The notes under the pieces are model-generated. The model did no database searches and was not told the DNA's origin. It saw only the letters and a list, made by a program, of their open reading frames with translations. From NCBI GenBank assembly GCA_903873565.1, contig CAIQOY010000191.1, positions 1-34,267 of the forward strand: DNA of 34,267 bases, read 5' to 3'. This DNA comes from an uncultured Actinomycetes bacterium. Its GTDB lineage: Bacteria; Actinomycetota; Thermoleophilia; Gaiellales; F1-60-MAGs149. Shown piece by piece: positions 24,719 through 34,267 of this stretch; the first letter of the stretch is position 1, and each line of letters opens with the position of its first letter. Both the position numbers and the translations under genes were made by a program.

Positions 24719-24825
24719 CAGGCTCGCTCGGCTCCTTGAGATCGACTCGCCGTCGGCGGGGGACGGCCGCCGAACGGTAGCAATCCGCCCCGTGCGCGCC
24801 CGCCGCTAGTCGGCTAGTGTTGGTG

Positions 24826-24916
24826 GCCGAGCGCGGGAGCCCGAGCGGGCTGAGAGGCGGGGTTCGACCCCGCGACCGCGGAACCTGATCTGGGTAAGAC
24901 CAGCGGAGGAAGCTCA
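24826..24916 (+). ncRNA. TPP (THI-box) riboswitch
   Basis: GCGGGAGC...GCTGAGAG...GACCGCGGAACCTGATCTGGGTAAGACCAGCGGAGGAAG carries the conserved TPP core. It sits directly before thiS, with a TAGTGT -10 box upstream. Confidence 0.95.
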
Positions 24917-27332
<2,416 letters not shown>

Positions 27333-27355
<23 letters not shown>

Positions 27356-28655
27356 GGTACGACGCGGTCCCGAACAGCTCGTCGAGCGACACCGGCTCGA
27401 GGCCGCGGGCCCGCAGCCCGCGCACCATCCCCGGCACCGCCGCGGCGGTGTTGGCCTCGACGTGCATCACGACGATCGACCCCGGGCGGGACTTCGACAC
27501 CACGCGCTCGACGAGGACGCCGGGGGCCGGCTTCAGGTAGTCGGAGGGATCGACGTCCCAGAGCACCGTCCAGGCCATGCCCTCGGCGCCGGCGGACGCG
27601 CGCACGCCCGCATCGACGTCACCGTAGGGCGGCCGGAAGAACGGCGCCGGCGAGGCCTTGGCGACGCTCCACCAGATCTCCCGGTCGCCCGCGATCTGGC
27701 TGCGCTGCTCGCCCGCCGCCTCCTTGGTCATCCACGGGTGGGCCCAGGTGTGCGAGCCGATCGTGTGGCCCTCCGCGACGGTGCGCCGCGCCGCGTCGGG
27801 GTTGGCCCGCACGTTGACGCCGTTGCAGAAGAAGGTGCCCTTCACGCGCGCGCGCCGCAGCGCGGCGAGGAGCTGCAGCCACGGACCCGAGTCGAGGCAG
27901 TCGTCGAAGGTCAGCGCGACCTTGTCGCCCGCCTCGGGCAGGCGGTAGATCTGCGTGCTGGTCACGGCCCGCGCGACGCGCAGGAGCTGCGCGTCGCCGG
28001 TCCCGCGCCGCCCGACCGCGTCGTCGGCGGCCACGCGCAGCCGGTAGACCCCGGGCAGGAGCAGGCGCCCCTTGACGCGCAGGTTCCAGGCCAGCTCGGA
28101 GGCGCCGTCGACGGGCGTCGGCATCCTCACGCGCCCGATCTCGACGCCGAGCTGGCTCTCGACCACGAGGCGCATGGCCACGGCCCCCGAGAGGTCCTCC
28201 GCGCTGGCCCGCACGCGCACCGGGCCCCGGCTCGTGGTCGCCGGCGTCGCCGCCGGCGCCGTCACCACGGGATCGGCGCCGTCGCGGGTCACGGGCGTGA
28301 GGGCGTCCTGGGCGACGCCGGCGGCGTCCGTCAGGCGGGCGCGCACCGCGTAGTGCCCGTCGGGGACGCCGGCCCCGTCCCACGTGAGGGTCTGCTCCTG
28401 CCCCGCGACGACCGCCGTCGGCGCGAGCAGGGAGGCGACGGCGATCCCGCCCGCCGTGACCACGTCGACCTGCAGCGTCCCCGCGCTCTGCGCCACCACC
28501 GTGACGGTCGCCCGGTTGGCCTGCGGGGTGGCCTCGGGGTCGAAGGCGGCCGGCGCGACCTGCGCGGAGACCGCGGCGCTGGTCACGGGCGCGATCGGCA
28601 GCGGCGCCGCGGGGGCGGCGAAGAGGGTCAGTCCGACGGCGACGGCGGCGAGCAC
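27333..28655 (-). CDS. Secreted polysaccharide deacetylase (CE4/NodB) with FlgD-like Ig domains
   Basis: LTFDD, SHTWAH, FRPPYG, WDVDPSDY and VVMH motifs. N-terminal TWDG..PDGHY and AWN...PGVY segments. Start position uncertain. Confidence 0.85.
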
Positions 28656-28672
28656 GGGACCGTGTTCCGCCC

Positions 28673-29473
28673 CTAGAGGCGCGCTCCTGCCAGCGCGTGC
28701 CGGCAGGGATCGTCGGCGGGGCGCTCCGGCAGGGCGGCGATCGCGCTGGCGAGCAGGTCGCGCAGCACGTCGAGGTTGGCCGCGAACGCGGCGAGCACGT
28801 CGTCCGCCTGCACCGCCTCCCCCGCGTCCGCCTCGACGCCGGTGTCGTAGTCGGTGATCAGCGCGATCGACGCGTAGCAGAGCTCGAGCTCCCGGGCGAG
28901 CGCGGCCTCCGGGTAGCCGGTCATGTTGATGACCTGCCAGCCCATCTGGCGGTACCAGCGCGACTCGGCCCGCGTCGAGAAGCGCGGACCCTCGACGACG
29001 ACCATGGTGCCGCCGTCGCGCACGTCCGCCCCGACCGCGCGGCCGGCCGCGAGCAGCGCGGCGCGCAGGTGCGGGCAGTACGGGTCGGCCGTGGACACGT
29101 GCGTCGCGCCGGGGCCGTCGTAGAAGGTGTGGCTGCGGCCCGAGGTGCGGTCGACGAACTGGTCGACGACGCAGAACGCGCCCGGCGGCAGGGCGGGGTC
29201 GAGGGACCCGGCCGCGCACGGGGCCAGGATGCGCTCGACCCCGAGCTCGCGCATCGCCCAGAGGTTGGCGCGGTACGGGATCCGGTGCGGCGGCAGGTCG
29301 TGGCCGCGGCCGTGCCGGGGCAGGAAGGCGACCCGCTGCCCGCCGACCTCGGCGATGCGGACGGCGTCGGACGGGTCGCCGTACGGCGTCTCGACCCGCA
29401 CCTCCTCGGCCCCCTCCAGGTACTGGCCGAAGCCCGACCCGCCGAACACGCCGATCGCGGCGCGTCCGCTCAC
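28673..29473 (-). CDS. mtnP: S-methyl-5'-thioadenosine phosphorylase
   Basis: GVFGGSG, TPYG, FLPRHG..H, YRANLWA, EGPRFSTRAES, INMT, ITDYD. Confidence 0.92.
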   Translation of the reverse strand: MSGRAAIGVFGGSGFGQYLEGAEEVRVETPYGDPSDAVRIAEVGGQRVAFLPRHGRGHDLPPHRIPYRANLWAMRELGVERILAPCAAGSLDPALPPGAFCVVDQFVDRTSGRSHTFYDGPGATHVSTADPYCPHLRAALLAAGRAVGADVRDGGTMVVVEGPRFSTRAESRWYRQMGWQVINMTGYPEAALARELELCYASIALITDYDTGVEADAGEAVQADDVLAAFAANLDVLRDLLASAIAALPERPADDPCRHALAGARL

Positions 29474-29943
29474 ACGTCGCCGCCCGGCGTCCAGATCTTG
29501 GGCCGCGGGACCTCGGTGCGGGGCGGCGCCGGGGCGGGCGGTGCGGCGGCCGCGGGTGCGGCGCTCGCCGGGTCGCCCTCCGCCGCCGCCGCTTCGTCCG
29601 ACAGGCGCACGGCCTCGGCGAAGGCCAGCTTGAGGTCGGCGAGGGCGCGTCGCAGCTCCTCCACCTGCGGGGGCAGCGGCGCCCCCTCGGGGAAGGCCGC
29701 CGCGAGCGTCTCGATCAGGGCGTCCGCGGACGAGATCGCGAGGCTGGCCTGCACGGCGTCGCCGCCGTTGACCATCCCCGGGATCATCCCGAGCTGCCCC
29801 GCGCCGATCGACATCAGCTCGGAGGCGACCTGCAGGATCAGCCCCTCGACGCGCAGCTGGGACAGGTCCAGCTCCTGCGGCGGCTCGCCGCCGGGCGCGG
29901 CTCCGGCCTCCGGGGCCGGCTCGTTCTCGGGCTCATCGGCCAT
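29470..29943 (-). CDS. Hypothetical protein, DUF1844-like
   Basis: Helical core QLGMIP...QASLAI...LRRALADLKLAF with Pro/Ala tails. Overlaps both neighbours. Confidence 0.6.
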   Translation of the reverse strand: MADEPENEPAPEAGAAPGGEPPQELDLSQLRVEGLILQVASELMSIGAGQLGMIPGMVNGGDAVQASLAISSADALIETLAAAFPEGAPLPPQVEELRRALADLKLAFAEAVRLSDEAAAAEGDPASAAPAAAAPPAPAPPRTEVPRPKIWTPGGDV

Positions 29944-31129
29944 CGAGCACCTCCTTCAGGCGCCGGGCGGACGCCATCGTGATCTCGACCTGCTCGGCGT
30001 GGATCGCCGACATGTCCTCTCCCGCCTCGACGCGGGCCTTCCAGCGCGAGGCGTGGTCCCCATTCTGCAGCAGATCCTCCAGCGGCTCGAGCCAGGGCGC
30101 GAGGCCGAGGGCCTCGACCTCCGGCGAGCAGGCCGCGAGCAGGGCGCGGGCGTGGTCCGCCGCGCCGACCACCGCCCGCCGCTCCAGGTCGATCTGCCCG
30201 CGGTCGGTGCCCCAGCGCAGCGCCCGCCAGAGGTTCTCCTCGATGTCGCTCGGGCGGTCGGGCGGCGGCAGCTCGCCGGCGTCGTAGAGGCGCGCCGCGC
30301 GCGCCGCCAGTGCCGTCTGGAGCGCCGCCAGGGCGATCGACTCGGCGATGTCGGGCAGCGCGTCGCAGGCGCGCACCTCGACCGTGCCGAAGGACTGGTG
30401 CGGGCGCACGGTCCACCAGATCTCGGTGTGCTCGCGGATCGACTCCGTCTCGAGCAGGAAGCGGACGTAGCGGTCGTAGTCAGCCCAGTCGGCGAAGACG
30501 TCGGGGACGCCGCAGCGCGGGAACATGCGCGTGAAGATCTGGGTGCGCGTCGAGCGCAGGTGCGTGATGCGCCCCTCGAGCCACGGCGACGAGCACGACA
30601 GCGCGAGCAGGATCGGGACGTGGCTGCGCATGTGGTTGGCCACCGCCATCGCGCGGTCCGCGCCGCGGATGCCGACGTGCACGTGCATCCCGAAGGTGTT
30701 GTTGCGCCACGCGATGTAGCGCAGCGTGCCCTCGACGATCCGGTAGTGCGGCGTGTCGATGATGCGCTGCTCGGTCCACGGCGACGTCGGGTGGGTCCCG
30801 GTGGCCCCGATCGCGACGCCGAGCCGCTCGGCCTCCTCCATCAGCGCGATCCGCCGGTCGACGATCATCCGGGCCGCCTCGTCGAAGGTAGCCCCGCGGC
30901 CGGTCTTGACCTCGATCTCGGAGGCGATCAGCTCGCCGGCGACGTTGCCGTGGAGCGGCCCGGCCTCGCAGGCGTCGCGCAGCTCCTCGAAGCGGTTGCA
31001 CATCCGCAGCGAGTCGCGATCGAGGATCTGGAACTCCTCCTCGATCCCGATCGTGAAGTCGGTCGCGTCGGCGAAGTGCGAACGGGCGGCGTCGAGCGCC
31101 GCATAGGAGTCCTCGACCGACGCGCCCAT
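29933..31129 (-). CDS. Glutamate--cysteine ligase family 2 (YbdK-like carboxylate-amine ligase)
   Basis: FTIGIEEEFQILD, EIEVKTG, TGTHP, FGMHVHVG, SSPW, VRPH..FGTVEVRACD, ENLWRA. Confidence 0.92.
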   Translation of the reverse strand: MGASVEDSYAALDAARSHFADATDFTIGIEEEFQILDRDSLRMCNRFEELRDACEAGPLHGNVAGELIASEIEVKTGRGATFDEAARMIVDRRIALMEEAERLGVAIGATGTHPTSPWTEQRIIDTPHYRIVEGTLRYIAWRNNTFGMHVHVGIRGADRAMAVANHMRSHVPILLALSCSSPWLEGRITHLRSTRTQIFTRMFPRCGVPDVFADWADYDRYVRFLLETESIREHTEIWWTVRPHQSFGTVEVRACDALPDIAESIALAALQTALAARAARLYDAGELPPPDRPSDIEENLWRALRWGTDRGQIDLERRAVVGAADHARALLAACSPEVEALGLAPWLEPLEDLLQNGDHASRWKARVEAGEDMSAIHAEQVEITMASARRLKEVLDGR

Positions 31130-31192
31130 GGCCGCGCAAGGGTACCAGCGGCCGCGCGGCGCCTTCCCCGCATGGGCGCTACCCTTCCGCGC

Positions 31193-31759
31193 GTGGAGGA
31201 CCAGGACGAGACCGCGATCCACCCCGCCGAGGTCACGCTGCTCGACTACGTCGTGGGCGACCTCGAGCACGAACGCTCCGCCGAGATCCGCCGCCACGTC
31301 GCCGGCTGCTCGGAGTGCCGCGAGCGGATCGTGCAGCTCTCGCTGGCCATGGACGAGCTCGATCGGCTGCCCAGCGCCGGCATCCCGCACGACGTCCTCA
31401 ACGCCGTACGCCCGCCCGTGCGACGCGCCGGCCGGATCGTCCCGATCGCCCTGCTCGTCGCCGCGGGCCTCGGGGTCGTGGCCCTGTTCCAGGTCGGCGG
31501 CCTGCAGAGCGGCGAGCCGCAGGCGACCGGCAGCCAGGTCGTGCTGGAGACCGCCAGCGACCGCCCCGAGCTGGTCGTGACCGAGCTGCTCGGCGGCCTC
31601 CCCCACGACGTCGTCGTCGACCGCGACGACGAGCGTCGCATCGTCGTGCTCGTGCAGGCCGGCGACGTCGCCGTGGCCGCCGAGCGCCTCAGCGGCACGT
31701 CCTCGCCGGACGGCCGCACCTACGTCGTGGACGTCGCCGCGACGCCCGCCGCGCCGTAG
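31193..31759 (+). CDS. zf-HC2 zinc-finger membrane anti-sigma factor
   Basis: HP...LLDYVVGDL...HVAGCSEC (HxxxCxxC), one TM helix and an extracytoplasmic domain. TACCCT box 7 nt before GTG; ATG 31172 is an alternative start. Confidence 0.82.
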   Translation: MEDQDETAIHPAEVTLLDYVVGDLEHERSAEIRRHVAGCSECRERIVQLSLAMDELDRLPSAGIPHDVLNAVRPPVRRAGRIVPIALLVAAGLGVVALFQVGGLQSGEPQATGSQVVLETASDRPELVVTELLGGLPHDVVVDRDDERRIVVLVQAGDVAVAAERLSGTSSPDGRTYVVDVAATPAAP

Positions 31760-31768
31760 CGCCCCGCC

Positions 31769-32413
31769 TCAGGCGAGGTGGAAGTAGAGCGCGTAGAGGA
31801 GCTCGACCGCGGGGCTGGTCGTGTGCACCGTGACGTCCGCCGGCACGTCGATCAGGGCGCCCGAGTAGTTGAAGACGATGCGGACGCCCGCCCGCACGAG
31901 CTCGTCGGCGACATCCTGCGCGGCCTCGGCGGGGACGGCGACGACGCCGACGATGACCTGCTCCTCCTCGACGATGCGCGGCAGCTCGTCCGGGCCCCGC
32001 ACGACGAGCGGGCCGCACTGGGCGCCGACCTTGGCCGGGTCGGCGTCGACGATGGCGGCGATCGAGAAGCCGTGGTCGGCGAAGACGTCCGCCTCGGCGA
32101 TCGCCTGGCCGAGCCGGCCGGCGCCGACCAGCACGATGTTGTGCTGCCCGGCGGTGCGCAGGATCTGGCTGATCTCGCCGATCAGGGCGTCGACGCTGTA
32201 GCCCACGCCGCGCTTGCCGAACGTGCCGAAGCCGGACAGGTCGCGGCGGATCTGCGTCGCGTTGACGTGCGTGTACTCGCTGATCTCGTGCGAGGTGATG
32301 TGGCTGCGGCCGGCCTTCTTGGCCTGCGTCAGCACCTGCAGGTAGTGGGCGAGGCGCGCGGCGACTCCGCCGCCGAGGCGCTCCGTGACCGGGGTCGTGA
32401 CCAAGGCATCCAC
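31769..32413 (-). CDS. rex: Redox-sensing transcriptional repressor Rex
   Basis: RLAHY, QIRRDLS.FG.FGKRGVGY, VGAGRLG, AVP..AAQ, VFNY. The ORF-track ATG (32425) overlaps a TACGAT -10 box, so a later GTG is preferred. Confidence 0.94.
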   Translation of the reverse strand: MDALVTTPVTERLGGGVAARLAHYLQVLTQAKKAGRSHITSHEISEYTHVNATQIRRDLSGFGTFGKRGVGYSVDALIGEISQILRTAGQHNIVLVGAGRLGQAIAEADVFADHGFSIAAIVDADPAKVGAQCGPLVVRGPDELPRIVEEEQVIVGVVAVPAEAAQDVADELVRAGVRIVFNYSGALIDVPADVTVHTTSPAVELLYALYFHLA

Positions 32414-32460
32414 TGTCACAAGCATCGTACAAACTCTTCGTCGGCGCGGAGGCGGGCGGC

Positions 32461-32700
32461 CTAGCGGTCGAGCCGGGCCACCAGCTCGCCGACGCTGACG
32501 GCGTAGCGGGCGACCTCCTCCCCGTCGATGAGCACGACGGGGATCGAGGCCCGGTGGCGGCGCTCGAGGTCGAGGTCGCCGTCGATGTCGATCACCTGCA
32601 GGTCCACATCGGGGCGCCCGCGCACCGCCGCGCGGACGGCCTCCACGGCCGGCGGGCAGAGCGTGCAGCCCGCGGCGACCAGGACCTCGACGCGCCTCAT
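32461..32700 (-). CDS. Glutaredoxin-like protein (DUF836-type)
   Basis: GCTLC (CxxC), IDID.D..L, IPVVLIDG. ATG overlaps the tsaD stop. Confidence 0.88.
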   Translation of the reverse strand: MRRVEVLVAAGCTLCPPAVEAVRAAVRGRPDVDLQVIDIDGDLDLERRHRASIPVVLIDGEEVARYAVSVGELVARLDR

Positions 32701-33668
32701 CCGAGCGGGCTCCGGGCGTGGGCGTCGAGGGCCAGGAGCGCCGCCGGCGCGAGCGGCTCGAGGTCGAGGGCGGCGCGGGCGATCATTGCGGCGTTGTCGC
32801 CGCAGAGGGCCAGCGGCGCCGCGACGACCCGCGCGGGCAGCCCGGGCAGGGCGGCCCGCAGCCGCTCGTTGGCAGCCACGCCGCCGACCAGGCCGAGCGT
32901 GTCGCGCCCGGTCGCGGCGAGGCCGAGCGCCGCCCGCTCCACGAGGTGGCGCACGATCGCCTCCTGGTAGGCGGCGGCCAGGTCCGACGGGCTCGCCGCC
33001 TCCGCGGCGACGGCCATCGCCAGCGCGGTCTTCAGGCCCGAGAACGAGAAGGCGAGGTCGTCGCGACCCGCGAGCGGCGTCGTCAACGGGTGCGCCTCGG
33101 GATCGCCCTGCGCCGCCAGCGCCGCCAGCGCCGGCCCGCCGGGGTAGCCGAGGCCGAGCAGACGCGCGCCCTTGTCGAAGGCCTCGCCGGCCGCGTCGTC
33201 CATGCTGCGCGCGAGGGTGCGGATGCGCGGCCCGTCGACGTCGAGGAGCAGCGTGTGCCCGCCGGACGCGAGCAGCACGAGGTGCGGGCCCACGGGCGGC
33301 TCGGGGGCGAGCTGCAGCGAGGCCACGTGGCCGTGCAGGTGGTCGACCGCCACGAGCGGCAGCCCGCGGCCCCAGGCCAGGCCCTTGGCGTACCCGACGC
33401 CCACGAGGAGGGCCCCGATCAGCCCGGGGCCGGCCGTCACGGCCACCCGGGTGACGTCGTCGAGGGACAGCCCGGCGTCCCGCAGGGCGGCGCGGACCGT
33501 GGGGTCCAGGAGCTCGAGGTGGCGCCGGGCGGCGATCTCCGGCACGACGCCCCCGAAGGCCACGTGCTCGGCGGACTGCGAGGCGACGACCGAGGCGCGG
33601 AGGGTGCCGTCGGGCGCCATCACGGCGGCGCAGGTCTCGTCGCAGGAGGTCTCGAGGGCCAGGATCAT
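32697..33668 (-). CDS. tsaD: tRNA N6-threonylcarbamoyladenosine transferase TsaD
   Basis: LETSCDET, FGGVVPEIAARRH, GPGLIGAL, DHLHGH, SGGHT, DDAAGEAFDK, FSFSGLKT, GDNAAMI. Confidence 0.96.
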   Translation of the reverse strand: MILALETSCDETCAAVMAPDGTLRASVVASQSAEHVAFGGVVPEIAARRHLELLDPTVRAALRDAGLSLDDVTRVAVTAGPGLIGALLVGVGYAKGLAWGRGLPLVAVDHLHGHVASLQLAPEPPVGPHLVLLASGGHTLLLDVDGPRIRTLARSMDDAAGEAFDKGARLLGLGYPGGPALAALAAQGDPEAHPLTTPLAGRDDLAFSFSGLKTALAMAVAAEAASPSDLAAAYQEAIVRHLVERAALGLAATGRDTLGLVGGVAANERLRAALPGLPARVVAAPLALCGDNAAMIARAALDLEPLAPAALLALDAHARSPLG

Positions 33669-34156
33669 CGGACCAGCGGCTCGTCGCCCGGCCCCTCGCC
33701 CCGCCACATCACGAGCGCGTCCTCGCGGTCGTCCGTGTAGTAGCCGCGGCGCATCCCCGACGGCCGGAACCCGAGCTCCTCGTAGAGCCGGATGGCGCCG
33801 TGGTTGGAGACGCGCACCTCGAGCGTGTGCCCGCGCGTTCCGTCCTCGCTGGTCTCGCGCAGGAGCGTCTCGAGCATCAGCCGCGCGACCCCGCGCCTGC
33901 GGTACGGCTCGTCGACGGCGACGTTCATGATGTGCCACGCGTCCGTGTACTTCGAGACGATCAGGTAGCCGACCAGCGTCTTGCCGTCGAAGGCGCCGTA
34001 GCAGCGGCTGCCCGGCCGCGTGATCTCGCCCTGGAACATCGTGCGCGACCAGGGCGTCCGGTACGAGCGCCGCTCGACCGCCTCGACGGCGGGCAGGTCG
34101 CCGAGGCCGAGGCGGCGCAGCCCGATCTCCGTCTCGTTGACGGGCTCCGCGCTCAT
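33665..34156 (-). CDS. rimI: Ribosomal protein S18-alanine N-acetyltransferase
   Basis: PWS, HIMNVAV..YRRRG, TLEVRVSN..AI.LY..LGF....RRGYY...EDA. Lies between tsaB and tsaD. Confidence 0.94.
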   Translation of the reverse strand: MSAEPVNETEIGLRRLGLGDLPAVEAVERRSYRTPWSRTMFQGEITRPGSRCYGAFDGKTLVGYLIVSKYTDAWHIMNVAVDEPYRRRGVARLMLETLLRETSEDGTRGHTLEVRVSNHGAIRLYEELGFRPSGMRRGYYTDDREDALVMWRGEGPGDEPLVR

Positions 34157-34267
34157 CGCGCCTCCGTGGGGATGGCGTCGGGCGCCCGCAGGTAGCGGGG
34201 CGCGGCCGTCGCGGGCTCCCGCTCGGCGACCGCGAGGACCGCCGCGGGCTGCGGCGCGTGGCGCGGG
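34153..34267 (-). CDS. tsaB: TsaB C-terminal fragment (gene begins beyond window)
   Basis: Minus-strand frame ends ...APRYLRAPDAIPTEAR*, matching the TsaB C-terminal PxYLRxxDA motif. The stop overlaps the rimI ATG, giving the conserved tsaB-rimI-tsaD order. Confidence 0.82.
   Translation of the reverse strand, partial: PRHAPQPAAVLAVAEREPATAAPRYLRAPDAIPTEAR

Noticed and set aside
24745-24775. Alternative hairpins in the hppA leader as a possible ion riboswitch
   Set aside because: The stems are short all-GC-type matches expected by chance. One arm lies upstream of the likely TSS, and no known aptamer consensus is recognisable.

Overview
Very GC-rich, gene-dense chromosomal segment of an actinobacterium. 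Gene content and motif variants suggest class Thermoleophilia or a relative; this is an inference. It is mostly core and housekeeping genes. Left part: GNAT (partial), apt, MerR (FtsR/Rv1828-like), FHA (GarA/OdhI-like), pgsA and a type-2 ileS. Then an accessory-looking block (small acidic ORF, NUDIX, serine hydrolase, a 561-aa secreted protein with atypical codon use, glutaryl-CoA-type dehydrogenase, GST, ABM, chagasin/I42-like lipoprotein) ending at tRNA-Val(GAC). Middle: pcrA, an Ig-rich secreted protein, vanZ-HAD, thrC with two EamA genes divergent from hom-SDR, and a K+-independent hppA. Right part: a TPP-riboswitch thiS-thiG-thiED operon, GCS2 ligase-DUF1844-MTAP-polysaccharide deacetylase, an orphan zf-HC2 anti-sigma factor, rex, a glutaredoxin-like gene and tsaB-rimI-tsaD. 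No integrase, transposase, CRISPR array or clear defence system was seen, and I cannot support a complete new multi-gene system. The best leads are: an IleRS2 with both class-I signature motifs altered (GVHH and AMHKS), a candidate FtsR-type operator before the FHA-MerR pair, the uncharacterised secreted protein with a palindromic operator, pervasive leaderless promoter architecture, and the orphan anti-sigma factor in a redox-gene neighbourhood.
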